NCBI GenBank assembly: GCA_007121075.1
Contig: SKMK01000033.1
Coordinates: forward strand, 312-64,311
Direction: 5' to 3'
Source of the DNA: Syntrophomonadaceae bacterium
Lineage (GTDB): Bacteria > Bacillota > Dethiobacteria > DTU022
DNA: 64,000 nucleotides
Shown here: positions 9,078 through 19,267 of the stretch, piece after piece
Position numbering within the stretch: the first letter of the stretch is position 1
Layout of the letters: each line of letters opens with the position of its first letter
The notes under the pieces: model-generated
The model's database searches: none
What the model was told of the DNA's origin: nothing
The model's input: only the letters and a program-made list of their open reading frames with translations
Translations under genes and position numbers: made by a program

Positions 9078-10661
9078 TTAAAAATCTAAGATTTGTTCCG
9101 CCTCTTCCCTGTCTAAATCCATAACATGTTTGATGCCGCTTATTTCTGCGGCTTCTTTTGTCAGGGCGGCAATGTCATCCCTGGATATATATTCCAGGGT
9201 AAACTTGCGGTTGCCACACATCAACTGTTTCAAGCCCTGGGCCAGACGTTCATAGTAGGTGTACAGTCCCAGTGCACCGGGGGGCAATTCCTCAAACAGG
9301 TCGTTGCCAAGCTCATGTTTCAACTCGGAAGCAGTCACAAATATTTCTTCAACATCGGAACCAAAGCGCTCCACGTATACCGGGAGCTTGTTTTCCGCTA
9401 TCCTCGAACCGATTGTTTTCCCGACCATTGCCGCTGCCAGCGGCGCCCTGGCCATGCCGATCAGCTTAACATGGGGAGCGGCAATAGCCAGTCCTTTGAA
9501 AATCTGGTCTTCAAAAGCAAAACCTCCCCCTAAAGCAATATCGGGCATATAATGGTCCTTGGCTTTTAACTTCTCACAATAGCTGTAAAGAAGAGAATGC
9601 AGCTCTACCGAGGGAACACCCCATTCGTTCATCATCCGCCAGGGGCTCATGCCTGTCCCCCCGCCTGCCCCGTCCACGGTAACAAGATCTATGTCGGCCA
9701 GGGAAGAAAACCGCAAGGCCCTGGCCAGATCGGCCGGCCTGTAAGCTCCGGTCTTTAAAAATACATTCCTTGCCCCCGCTTCTCTCAGGCTTTTCACCCT
9801 CTGCAGAAATGATTCCTCGTCAACGATGCCCAGCAAAGAATGGCGTTCAAATTCTTTAAAGCTTCCGCGCCGGAAGGCCTCGGCCACATGGGGATCCTCC
9901 GGATCGGGCAAAACAACATATCCTCTCTTTTTCAACATCAGGGCTTTATCCAAACTTTTGATTTTAACTTCGCCGCCAATATCTTTAGCGCCCTGGCCCC
10001 ACTTCAGTTCCACAGCATCAACATCCAGCTGTTCAAGAGCATATTCAAGGGTTCCCAGTCGGCTGTCTTCTACATTAGCCTGGACCACTATGGCACCGCA
10101 GCCGTCCACCTGCCATTTTTTGAATAATTCCACCCGGCGTTTCAAGTCAGACGTTTTGACTACGCGGCCGTTCTCTAGTACCGCATCTTCATCCATGCCG
10201 CTGACATTTTCACCAACAGTCAGGATAATCCCACAAAGCGCTGCACCGGCTGCCAAACTTTCCCAGTTATTCCTGGCTACATCGGTAGAACCGATACCGG
10301 ATATAACAACAGGCAGTTTCAACCTGATATCTTTATTCTTACCAATTGGCCGTCCCAATTCCACATTAGGAAAGATTGCCTTTTCAGTATCTGCCTCTAT
10401 ACCTTTAGCTCCCATCATGGTGCCCATGATCGAAAAATGAGAATAATCGACGGGGTATTTTTTCTCAGAAGCGGTGGTAGTGATACCAAAAGGCTGGGGG
10501 TAAAGGGCTTCATGGCCGCGGTAGGCCGATTTTCCGATTTCACACATTCCCACACAGCCATCAACGCAGGTCACACACATTCCGCTGTAAGGGTTGATCG
10601 AGCCTTCCGTCCGGTTCTTGGTTAAGGTTGCGGCTGAAGCATTGGGTTTGTAAATACTCAT
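9078..10661 (-). CDS. Stand-alone glutamate-synthase domain-2-like FMN oxidoreductase (Glu_synthase family, N-terminal Cys cluster)
   Basis: 527 aa; N-terminal CVTCVDGCVGMC cluster, TIM-barrel FMN-binding GltB domain-2 signature (GGTGMSPW, GG...DIALGGGF). Confidence 0.75.
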   Translation of the reverse strand: MSIYKPNASAATLTKNRTEGSINPYSGMCVTCVDGCVGMCEIGKSAYRGHEALYPQPFGITTTASEKKYPVDYSHFSIMGTMMGAKGIEADTEKAIFPNVELGRPIGKNKDIRLKLPVVISGIGSTDVARNNWESLAAGAALCGIILTVGENVSGMDEDAVLENGRVVKTSDLKRRVELFKKWQVDGCGAIVVQANVEDSRLGTLEYALEQLDVDAVELKWGQGAKDIGGEVKIKSLDKALMLKKRGYVVLPDPEDPHVAEAFRRGSFKEFERHSLLGIVDEESFLQRVKSLREAGARNVFLKTGAYRPADLARALRFSSLADIDLVTVDGAGGGTGMSPWRMMNEWGVPSVELHSLLYSYCEKLKAKDHYMPDIALGGGFAFEDQIFKGLAIAAPHVKLIGMARAPLAAAMVGKTIGSRIAENKLPVYVERFGSDVEEIFVTASELKHELGNDLFEELPPGALGLYTYYERLAQGLKQLMCGNRKFTLEYISRDDIAALTKEAAEISGIKHVMDLDREEAEQILDF

Positions 10662-10830
10662 GTCAAATTCTCCCCTTTATAATTAAACTAATATATTATA
10701 ATTGACCTGCTTACTGATTGGTCTTCTTTTTTAACTCACAGGCTGCGCAGGGATCCATATAGCACAAAGTATGATCGTTGTTTTCCAGGCAGGGCGGTGA
10801 AAGGTTCAGACAAGCACTGCATAATGTGCT

Positions 10831-11391
10831 TTATCCACTGGGACCCTGGCAGCGAACCTGGCAAACCGGACAAATATACATGCATGCCCCACAGAGGCGG
10901 CATTGTTCGGACTTCCTGTCAAAAGCGGTGCTGATTCGCCGATTGACGCCCCTGTCAACAAAACCGATCGCCTTTGCCTGCATTTGCTCCTCACACATTC
11001 TGACACACAGACCGCACAATATGCACTCTTCGTTTTTTGGTGAAAAGCGGACTCCGGTAACACCATATTTTGAAGCCAGATCCTGAATTGTTTTCGAGGA
11101 TGGGCACGTCGCCAGGTAAAGCTCGATGATCATTTTTCTGGTCTGCATTACCCGCACGGTATTGGTCCTTACATTCAGCTTTTCCCTGGCTGGGTAGGTG
11201 CAAGAACTAACCAGGCGAGATTTGCCCGGCTCTCCTATTTCGACCAAGCATAACCGGCATGCCCCGTAGGGGCTTAAAGCTTCATCATAGCAAAGGGTTG
11301 GAATATTAGCCCCGTAAAACCTGGCTACATCGAGCAGGGTAGCACCCGGTTCCACATTAATCTTGAGGCCGTCCATGGTCAGATTAATCAA
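10831..11391 (-). CDS. 2Fe-2S / 4Fe-4S ferredoxin-like electron-transfer subunit (NuoG/HydA N-terminal type, no catalytic domain)
   Basis: 186 aa; N-terminal 2Fe-2S fold (TLCYDEALSPYGACRLC), followed by CGLCVRMC and CRLCGACMYICPVC 4Fe-4S motifs. Confidence 0.75.
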   Translation of the reverse strand: MINLTMDGLKINVEPGATLLDVARFYGANIPTLCYDEALSPYGACRLCLVEIGEPGKSRLVSSCTYPAREKLNVRTNTVRVMQTRKMIIELYLATCPSSKTIQDLASKYGVTGVRFSPKNEECILCGLCVRMCEEQMQAKAIGFVDRGVNRRISTAFDRKSEQCRLCGACMYICPVCQVRCQGPSG

Positions 11392-11413
11392 TTTCTCACC
11401 TCATCTAGCGGTC

Positions 11414-13276
11414 CTACTGCTTTAAGATTGCCTCATTTCGGCATGTAGAAAAGCAAATACCACACTTATCACACTGATCTTTATCAATATAATGGGGTTT
11501 TTTCTGCTCTCCGGTTATAGCATCCGACGGGCAATTCTTTTTACATAAACCGCATCCGTTACAGTAGGATTCAATGATCTCAAAAGTAATCAGCGCCCGG
11601 CAAACACCGGCCGGACATTTATTTTGTAAAATATGAACCCTGTATTCATCTTCAAAATATTTTATGGTCGACAGCACCGGGTTGGGAGCAGTTTGACCAA
11701 GCCCGCACAAGGTTGAATCTTTAACTACTTCTGCCAGTTCTTTTAACAGGTCCAGCTGGTCAAGTGAACCGCGTCCACAGGATATGTTCTGCACCAGCTC
11801 GAGCAGTCGGCTTATTCCTTCCCGACAGGTAAAACAACACCCGCAGGATTCATCAGCCAAAAATTTTAAAAAATACCCGGCCAGATCAACCATACAGGTA
11901 TCTTCATCCATGACGATCATGCCCCCTGAACCCATCATGGAACCCACTTCTGTTAAGCTCTCGAAATCGGTGGGCAGATCCAGGTATGAAGCAGGCAGAC
12001 AACCACCAGAGGGACCTCCGGTCTGGACAGCTTTAAAGGCTTTTCCCTCTTTGATACCGCCCCCAATTTCAAAGATGATCTCTCTCAGGGTCATGCCCAG
12101 AGGCACCTCAACCAGGCCGGTATTGTTGACTTTGCCGACCAGCGAAAATATTTTTGTCCCACTTGATGCCTCGGTTCCAGTTGCGCGGTAGTTTTCCGCT
12201 CCCTGTTTGATAATATGAGGGACATTGGCCAGGGTTTCTACGTTATTGACCACGGTCGGCCTGTCCAGGTAGCCTTGCTGTACCAGGCGGGGAGGCTTTT
12301 GGACCGGTTCCCCAACTCTTCCGTCAACCGAAGCAATAAGGGCGGAAGTTTCACCACATACAAAAGCGCCCGCCCCGATGCTTAGGTAGATTTGAATCCC
12401 GAAACCACTGCCCAGGATATCGTCGCCTACCAAACCCAACTCTTTCGCCCGGTTAATCGCAGTCTTGATCTTCTCCACGGCGGTGGGATACTCAGATCGA
12501 ATATATACTACGCCTTCCCGGGCATCGGTGGCATACGCACCAATAATTAATCCTTCCAGAACAGCATGAGGATTGCCTTCCAGAAGGCTCCGATCCATAA
12601 ATGCGCCCGGATCTCCTTCGTCGGCATTGCAAATTATAAACTTCCTGCCGGATGCCTTGAAGCATTCTTCCCACTTAAGGCCGGCATCAAATCCGGCTCC
12701 ACCCCGGCCTCTTAAACGGGCCTCTTTGACTTCTTGCACAACTTCACCCGGGCTCATTTCCGTGACCGCTTTCACCAGGGCCTCGTAACCGCCCTGGGCT
12801 ATATAATCTTCTATTTTGGTGGGATCTGTTTTCCAATTGCCACTCAGCAAATTCCTGACCTGCTTTTTGTAAAATGGAAGGCCCCGGGCATAGGCATATT
12901 TTTCGCCACTGGACGGATCCCTGTAAATAAGCCTGTCAATAATCCGGCCCGCCTGGACAGTTTCTTCTACAATTTCCGGCATATCATCAGGAATGACCCT
13001 GTGGTATAATATCTCCTCCGGGTAAACAATTACCAGGGGCCCGCTTTCACACAGGCCCAGGCAACCTGTAAACCTGGCTCCTACCGTTTCACTCAAATCT
13101 TTTTCTTTAAGGCACCGATCCAGGCTTCCCAGAATCGCCTTTGAATTTCTGGCGGTACATCCGGTATCGCCGCAAATCGCAATAAAACGATTATTGTCCC
13201 GGTACTGCTTTTGATAATTCCGCTGGATATAAAAAAACTCTTCTGCGCTTTTTATTTTTGGCGCTTCCAAATCCAT
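11414..13276 (-). CDS. NuoF/HoxF/HndC-like NADH-binding FMN flavoprotein with extra ferredoxin domains
   Basis: 620 aa; 51-kDa subunit motifs (GRGGAGFDAGLKWE, ICNADEGDPGAFMDR), C-terminal CxxCxxCxxxCP ferredoxin motifs, N-terminal thioredoxin-like 2Fe-2S segment. Confidence 0.85.
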   Translation of the reverse strand: MDLEAPKIKSAEEFFYIQRNYQKQYRDNNRFIAICGDTGCTARNSKAILGSLDRCLKEKDLSETVGARFTGCLGLCESGPLVIVYPEEILYHRVIPDDMPEIVEETVQAGRIIDRLIYRDPSSGEKYAYARGLPFYKKQVRNLLSGNWKTDPTKIEDYIAQGGYEALVKAVTEMSPGEVVQEVKEARLRGRGGAGFDAGLKWEECFKASGRKFIICNADEGDPGAFMDRSLLEGNPHAVLEGLIIGAYATDAREGVVYIRSEYPTAVEKIKTAINRAKELGLVGDDILGSGFGIQIYLSIGAGAFVCGETSALIASVDGRVGEPVQKPPRLVQQGYLDRPTVVNNVETLANVPHIIKQGAENYRATGTEASSGTKIFSLVGKVNNTGLVEVPLGMTLREIIFEIGGGIKEGKAFKAVQTGGPSGGCLPASYLDLPTDFESLTEVGSMMGSGGMIVMDEDTCMVDLAGYFLKFLADESCGCCFTCREGISRLLELVQNISCGRGSLDQLDLLKELAEVVKDSTLCGLGQTAPNPVLSTIKYFEDEYRVHILQNKCPAGVCRALITFEIIESYCNGCGLCKKNCPSDAITGEQKKPHYIDKDQCDKCGICFSTCRNEAILKQ

Positions 13277-13302
13277 ATTGCCGGACTCCTCTTAATATCA
13301 TA

Positions 13303-13803
13303 TTACTTACTTAAACCGGAAGACACTGTTTGTTCAGTCTTGGTCGGGTTATCGCTAAAAAGTCTACGCACTTTCAAGGGGGTCATCTGACCGTAATATC
13401 GACCATCAACAATTATCAGGGGCGCCAGGGCGCAGGCGCCAACACAATTAACGCATTTAAGGGAATACTCACCGTCTTCAGTCGTGGAACTTATATCAAC
13501 CCCAAGGGTTCGGGAAATTTCTTCAGTAATTTTTTCACTTCCCCGCACGTGGCAGGCCGTTCCGGCGCAGGTGACAACCTCGCGACGGCCCTGCGGGGCC
13601 AATCTAAAGTTCTTGTAAAAAGTAGCAACACTATAAAAATCTATTAGAGGAACTTTCAGCTCCCGGGCAGCCTTTTCCAAGGCTTCTTCGGGAAGGTAGC
13701 CATAATAACCCTGGATAGCTTGAAGCACTGTAATAACCGAAACCCCATTAGGGCCACAGGGAACCTCGAGCCCGAGCACAGTATTTTTTTTCATGGCAGT
13801 CAC
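13303..13803 (-). CDS. NuoE-like (24-kDa) 2Fe-2S thioredoxin-like ferredoxin subunit
   Basis: 166 aa; CAGTACHVRGS...CVNCVGACALAP 2Fe-2S motif typical of NuoE/HndA. Confidence 0.8.
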   Translation of the reverse strand: MTAMKKNTVLGLEVPCGPNGVSVITVLQAIQGYYGYLPEEALEKAARELKVPLIDFYSVATFYKNFRLAPQGRREVVTCAGTACHVRGSEKITEEISRTLGVDISSTTEDGEYSLKCVNCVGACALAPLIIVDGRYYGQMTPLKVRRLFSDNPTKTEQTVSSGLSK

Positions 13804-14076
13804 TAAATCACCCCGTTATATTTCCACATTATGAAATTACTTTCCATTTTAGTGTATTGAATATTATAAGGTCTTTCCGGACTGCTGTCAAGCAAATTGA
13901 TCCAAAACGATTAGATCAAATTTTTATGCCGCCTTGTTTCCGGGCAGATCACAGGCACCACAATTTCTGAACCGTATTCGATCATCAATTAACTACCTAT
14001 TAAACCGGTAGTGAGGATTTGAGTTGGAAATGATACAATAAACAGGCAGGGTGGCACCTGCAAAGGAGGACCATTT

Positions 14077-15201
14077 ATGGTGTTTGTTGATCACGTCAAG
14101 CTGAAAAAAACAGCCTTCTCTGCAGGTGCAGACCAGGTCGGGATTACCACTGCTGAACCGCTGCTTTACATGAAGGGGCGCCTGGAAAAGCGAAGAAAAG
14201 AAAAAAGGGTTACTCCGTTTGAAGAAAGCTGCATAACCCGGCGTCTTTATCCCTACTCTTTATTACAAGGAGCACGGAGCATTATAACAGTCGCCGCCCC
14301 TTATGCATCCCCCGAACTTCCTGGACCTAAAGGCACAACTGAACCGGCCGGGAAAGTAGCCCGCTGTGCCAGAAGTTTAGACTACCATCTCCTGGTGGAA
14401 GATTTATGCCGGAGAATGGTGGAAAGGCTAAAGCTAGAAATCAAACCGATCTTCGAATACAGAATTTTATGCGACCGCAGCCCGCTGCTTGAAAGGGAAC
14501 TGGCCCGTAACTCCGGCCTGGGCTTAATCGGCGAAAACTGCACCCTGATCAACCCCACTTACGGTTCTTACACGGCCCTGGGCACGATCCTGGTTAATAT
14601 AGAGCTGGAACCAGATCAACCGGGGAAAAGCCCCTGCCAGAAATGCGGCAAATGCCGGAAGGTATGCCCTACCGGCGCCCTGACAGAACCATACATCATC
14701 GATCCCCATTTATGCCTCTCCTACCTGACCCAGGCCCCCGGGATTATCCCCAGGCCCATGCGTTCCCTGATGGGAAGGCACATTTACGGCTGCGACATTT
14801 GCCAGGAAAACTGCCCCCACAACAAGGACGTGGCAAGTTCCCCGTTTCCGGAAATGGCCTTTTCCTATTTTCCTGCTGAGCCGCTTTTACTCCCCTTTTT
14901 ACGCATGACCCAGAAAGAATTCAAAACTACTGTGGGTCTCACTTCGGCCGGTTGGAGGGGCAAAACCACCCTGCAGCGCAATGCAGTAATAGCCCTTGGT
15001 AATATAAAAGATCCGGTTGCAGAACGGCCCCTGGCAGCAATGCTGGAAAATGATCCGCGGAAAATAATCAGGCTGCACGCAGCCTGGTCCCTGGGCCAAA
15101 TCAATACTAAGAAAGCACTTTTTGCCCTGGATAAATCTTTTCAAAATGACCCCGATACAGAAGTCAAAACAGAAGCGAAAATAGCCCTCGAAGGACAATA
15201 A
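14077..15201 (+). CDS. queG: tRNA epoxyqueuosine(34) reductase
   Basis: 374 aa; DUF1730 N-terminus, CQKCGKCRKVCP + CDICQENCP 4Fe-4S motifs, C-terminal HEAT-like repeats. Confidence 0.75.
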   Translation: MVFVDHVKLKKTAFSAGADQVGITTAEPLLYMKGRLEKRRKEKRVTPFEESCITRRLYPYSLLQGARSIITVAAPYASPELPGPKGTTEPAGKVARCARSLDYHLLVEDLCRRMVERLKLEIKPIFEYRILCDRSPLLERELARNSGLGLIGENCTLINPTYGSYTALGTILVNIELEPDQPGKSPCQKCGKCRKVCPTGALTEPYIIDPHLCLSYLTQAPGIIPRPMRSLMGRHIYGCDICQENCPHNKDVASSPFPEMAFSYFPAEPLLLPFLRMTQKEFKTTVGLTSAGWRGKTTLQRNAVIALGNIKDPVAERPLAAMLENDPRKIIRLHAAWSLGQINTKKALFALDKSFQNDPDTEVKTEAKIALEGQ

Positions 15202-15318
15202 ACAGCGGGCATGACCGGCAGAGCAGTAATCAGGTTTTAAACGGCCAATGTATATTGGTGAGGAAACAGATTTGATATAATAAATAAATGTAAAGATCGA
15301 GAAAGGAGCTTAGTATAA

Positions 15319-16437
15319 ATGAACAACTCGTTCCGCCTGATGTATATCAGAGACATCCCGGTCGAGATACATATAAGCTGGCTTTTAATTTTTTTTCTGT
15401 TCAGCATCAGCCTGGCCCAGGGTTATTTCCCCTTAATGGTGGAAGGACTAAGCAGCCAGGTTTACTGGGCAACCGGAATAATCACGACACTGCTGGTATT
15501 TGCTTCCGTGTTAACCCATGAGCTGGGCCATTCCTTTGTCGCCCTCAGTGAAAACATTCCCATCAAAAAAATCACCCTCTTTATTTTTGGAGGAGTGGCC
15601 CAGATGGAAGAAGAGCCAACCAGTGCCAAAACAGAACTTAAGGTAACTGCAGCAGGGCCGTTAACCAGCTTTGCCCTGGCAGTTATCACCGGCGGGCTGT
15701 ATTACCTGGCTTTGCCACCGGGGCAAATTTTAAGTGAAGCCATATTCTTTGTGGCCCGCGTCAACCTGATCATGGCCGTTTTCAACCTGGTCCCCGCTTT
15801 TCCCCTTGATGGAGGGCGCTTATTTCGCTCAATAATTTGGTATTTTGGTAAAAACATGCTTAAAGCGACCAGGATCGCGGTAACTGTGGGCAGCATGCTC
15901 TCCTTCTTTGCCATGGGATTTGGCTTTGTCATAATCTTTTTCCAGGGAAATTTATTTGGGATCTGGCTAATCTTCCTGGGCTGGATGATCTACCAGGCCG
16001 GTCAATCAAGCTATTCGCAGCTTGTGTTTAAAGATACTTTTTCCGGAGTTAAAGTTTCCAAAATAATGAGCACCAACCTGCAAACCGTCTCTCCGGATGC
16101 GACCCTGGAGGAACTGGTGGACTACTTTCTGCGCTATAAGTACGGGGCTTTTCCTGTAGTCTATGGATCCACTACCCACGGAATTGTCACTCTTCAGGAG
16201 ATGAAAGAGGTGCCGCGGGAAAAATGGCCTTATACCACGGTAGCCCATATATTGACCCCGCTTAAAGAAACCATGGTTATAAATCCCGACAGCGATGCCG
16301 CCGAAGTGATGATGAAAATGGCCAACCAGAATATCGGGCGGGCCCTGGTCATGGAAGACGACGGTGAACTGGTCGGCCTGCTCAGCAGGACCGATATGAT
16401 GCGTTTAATCCAAATGCACATGGTCCTGGGAGAATAA
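15319..16437 (+). CDS. Site-2 protease (M50) family metalloprotease with C-terminal CBS pair
   Basis: 372 aa; HELGH zinc motif in TM helix, LDGG motif, two CBS domains at C-terminus. Confidence 0.8.
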   Translation: MNNSFRLMYIRDIPVEIHISWLLIFFLFSISLAQGYFPLMVEGLSSQVYWATGIITTLLVFASVLTHELGHSFVALSENIPIKKITLFIFGGVAQMEEEPTSAKTELKVTAAGPLTSFALAVITGGLYYLALPPGQILSEAIFFVARVNLIMAVFNLVPAFPLDGGRLFRSIIWYFGKNMLKATRIAVTVGSMLSFFAMGFGFVIIFFQGNLFGIWLIFLGWMIYQAGQSSYSQLVFKDTFSGVKVSKIMSTNLQTVSPDATLEELVDYFLRYKYGAFPVVYGSTTHGIVTLQEMKEVPREKWPYTTVAHILTPLKETMVINPDSDAAEVMMKMANQNIGRALVMEDDGELVGLLSRTDMMRLIQMHMVLGE

Positions 16438-16517
16438 TAAATAACCTATCGTCCAGTTGCTGTTAAAAGCTCCGGCACGTATTATTAAATTAAACTATAG
16501 CAAAAGGAGATGCAATC

Positions 16518-16958
16518 ATGACTGCACTGGTAGTCCCCATCAAAAGTGGCTTAATTAAAGGCCTGAACCTGCTCTGGCTCCTGGTTAAAATAATTATCCC
16601 CGTATCAAGCCTGGTAGCCCTGCTCAACCACTTTGGCATAATGGAATTGATAGCCGGTTTCTTTTCCCCGGCCATGGCCCTGTTTGGGCTCCCCGGTGAA
16701 GCAACCATCGCCCTGCTGCTAAGCTTTTTCGTGAATTTTTACGCCGCCCTGGGCGCAATTACTGCCATGACCCTGACCACCCAGCAAATAACAGTCCTGG
16801 CCGTAATGATTGGGATCTGTCACGAATTGCCTATAGAAACCGCCGTCAGCAGTTATACAGGCCTGCGAATTCCGACGGCAGCCACCCTGCGGATTTTTAC
16901 CGCCCTTGCAGCCGGACTGCTTATAAATATGATCTACACTATGGTCGGGGGAAGCTAA
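16518..16958 (+). CDS. Nucleoside-recognition (Gate) domain membrane protein, SpmA-like
   Basis: 146 aa polytopic membrane protein; adjacent partner gene; SpmA/SpmB-like pair typical of spore formers. Confidence 0.5.
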   Translation: MTALVVPIKSGLIKGLNLLWLLVKIIIPVSSLVALLNHFGIMELIAGFFSPAMALFGLPGEATIALLLSFFVNFYAALGAITAMTLTTQQITVLAVMIGICHELPIETAVSSYTGLRIPTAATLRIFTALAAGLLINMIYTMVGGS

Positions 16959-16961
16959 TAA

Positions 16962-17417
16962 ATGGAAATCTTTGCACTGCTCTTCAATACCATTATCGAC
17001 AGCCTGCTCAGCATTGCCCGGTTGGCGTTGATCCTGATCCCGATCCTGGTCTTGATTGAAATCGCCCGTTACTACCAGGTTATCGAAAAAATAACAGGCA
17101 GAGTCCAGGCGATTCTGCGGTTTCTAACCCTGCCCAGGGAGGCAGCTTTTCCAATGCTGGCCGGTATTTTTTTTGGGATTGTCTTAGGGGCTGCCTTGAT
17201 TATCGAATATTCCCGGGAAGGATCCCTTAACAAGCGCGATCTGCTGCTGATCGGTATCTTCCTCAGCATATGCCACTCTGTGGTTGAAGATACCTTTATT
17301 CTGGCCGTATTCGGAGCCAATCCGGTGGTACTCCTGACCACCCGCATCATTCTGGCGGTTATGATTACCAGGGCGGCTGCCTTTTTGCTCGATCGCTCCG
17401 GGGCCAGGCTGGCTTAA
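16962..17417 (+). CDS. Nucleoside-recognition (Gate) domain membrane protein, SpmB-like
   Basis: 151 aa polytopic membrane protein, 4 nt after upstream partner. Confidence 0.5.
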   Translation: MEIFALLFNTIIDSLLSIARLALILIPILVLIEIARYYQVIEKITGRVQAILRFLTLPREAAFPMLAGIFFGIVLGAALIIEYSREGSLNKRDLLLIGIFLSICHSVVEDTFILAVFGANPVVLLTTRIILAVMITRAAAFLLDRSGARLA

Positions 17418-18751
17418 ACCCTGAAAGCCTGATATCCCTGAAAATTATCGGCAATATCCTCGGCCCAGTATAAAAGCAGTTCATCCCCCATAAACGGAGC
17501 CACCAGCTGCACCCCCAGGGGCAGATTGTTACCGGATTTCCCGGCAGGAATGGTGACTGCGGGAAGCCCGGCATGGGTCCAGGGCAAGTTCAGTCCGGGA
17601 TCCCCGGTAAATTGGATTCCTTCCGGAGCCGGGCCCGGTGCAGCAGGAGCAATCCACAGGCTGACCCCTTTTTCCCACATTACCGATTCAAGTTCATCCC
17701 TGAGTTGCTTCTGTTTCCTGCAGGCAGCTGCCAGTTCTTCTTCCGTTACTTTCTGCCCCTGTTTAATCAGCTCGGCCGTGCGCGGCTGGTATAAATCAGC
17801 AAAACGGGCATAAAGATCCCTGTGTTCATCCGCCATTTCAGCCGATATCAATTTACGATGCCAGTAGGTAATTTCTTCAATATCGTCCAGTATATTTACT
17901 TCTTCAATCACATAACCGGCTTTCCGCAGGCTCTCCAGCTGCTGCTTAAAAGCTTTCATCCCTTCCGGAGAAACCTGCTCATCAAGGTATTTACCCCGGG
18001 GCACGCCAAGAACAGGCTGATAGGTTACGCTGATTTCCTGCCAGCTGTAACAAAGATTTTCTGCAGCCAGAATCATACCCCTGACATCCTGGGTAAACAG
18101 GCCGACATGGTCGGCTGAACGGGAGAAATGAACCAACCCCTCGGTGGGGATCCTGTTGTAGCTGGGCTTAAACCCGACAACCCCGCAGTACGCAGCGGGG
18201 CGATTAACAGAACCAATAGTCTGGGTTCCCAAAGCAAGCGGGCAAAAACCGGCTGCAACTGCGGCGGCCGAACCGCTGCTGGAACCACCCGGGGTGTGTT
18301 CAAGGTTGTGCGGGTTCCTGGTCGGCCCCGGCTCAAAATAAGCAAATTCAGTAGTAACTGTTTTGCCGAGGATAAGAGCTCCGGCCTGGCGGAGAATAGT
18401 GACGCAGTCGGCTTCAGGTCCATTAAATTCTTCCGGATCTATCCTGGTGTTGGCCCTGGTCACAAACCCCTCTACATGGAAAATATCTTTTACTCCGACC
18501 AGGGCTCCGTAAAGCGGTGGCCTGCTTTCCGGATTGGGGTAAATATCTTGCAGTGATCCTGCCTCGCTTAGCAAACGTTCCCTGCGCCCGGGTTCAGGCA
18601 GCAAAGCCTGTATTTCTCGATCTGATTGTTCGATACGGTCACATTGAGCGTTAATGTAATCTTTTAATTTGATCTTATTATTGATTATATCCTCCACACT
18701 TACAGCTAGGGGGGCCGGATGAAGGTACATATTATACTCCTCCCATATCAA
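17414..18751 (-). CDS. Amidase-signature family protein (GatA-like amidase)
   Basis: 445 aa; amidase signature GGSSSGSAAAVAAGFCPLALGTQTIGSVNRPAAYCGVVGFKPS. Confidence 0.8.
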   Translation of the reverse strand: MIWEEYNMYLHPAPLAVSVEDIINNKIKLKDYINAQCDRIEQSDREIQALLPEPGRRERLLSEAGSLQDIYPNPESRPPLYGALVGVKDIFHVEGFVTRANTRIDPEEFNGPEADCVTILRQAGALILGKTVTTEFAYFEPGPTRNPHNLEHTPGGSSSGSAAAVAAGFCPLALGTQTIGSVNRPAAYCGVVGFKPSYNRIPTEGLVHFSRSADHVGLFTQDVRGMILAAENLCYSWQEISVTYQPVLGVPRGKYLDEQVSPEGMKAFKQQLESLRKAGYVIEEVNILDDIEEITYWHRKLISAEMADEHRDLYARFADLYQPRTAELIKQGQKVTEEELAAACRKQKQLRDELESVMWEKGVSLWIAPAAPGPAPEGIQFTGDPGLNLPWTHAGLPAVTIPAGKSGNNLPLGVQLVAPFMGDELLLYWAEDIADNFQGYQAFRV

Positions 18752-18778
18752 TTAATTAATTTAAAGCATCTGTCCGAT

Positions 18779-19267
18779 CTATAAAAACAAGAGATCAAAG
18801 AAATGGGCAACAGTGCCGGCGGCAACGCAAAAAATCGCGTGCAAGGCCATCCGGAGCAAACTAAACTTAACGCCAAGAAATCCGCTTTCAAAGGGTATCC
18901 TGGATAATCCCAGCATGGTCCAGCCGGAGAGCATAGAAATGGTTGTCCCCAGACCCGCCCCCGAACCATAAATAGTAGCGATAATGGGATAAGAAGCATA
19001 AGGCCCGAAGGCCATCATCATCCCCCCGAAGGTTCCCAGAAACACACCGGTAATTCCGGCTTCCTGGGCCAGCCAGCGTTTGATGAATTCCTCGGGTATT
19101 AAAACTTCCAGCAATCCGGACAGCAGCAAGGCCAGCAGAATAACCGGGAGGGCAACCAGCATCTGGCGCAGGCCGGATTTAACCCCTTCCTTATGCCGGC
19201 CATGCTTTATATTCAGCAAAAACAACAACCCTGCAATGATGAAAAAAATAACCGTAGTCGCAATCAT
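18779..19267 (-). CDS. Permease, C-terminal half of split COG0701/DUF318-type permease
   Basis: Start taken at internal Met41 (MIATTVIFFII) giving ATGA overlap with upstream half; 162 aa, polytopic. Confidence 0.5.
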   Translation of the reverse strand: MIATTVIFFIIAGLLFLLNIKHGRHKEGVKSGLRQMLVALPVILLALLLSGLLEVLIPEEFIKRWLAQEAGITGVFLGTFGGMMMAFGPYASYPIIATIYGSGAGLGTTISMLSGWTMLGLSRIPFESGFLGVKFSLLRMALHAIFCVAAGTVAHFFDLLFL

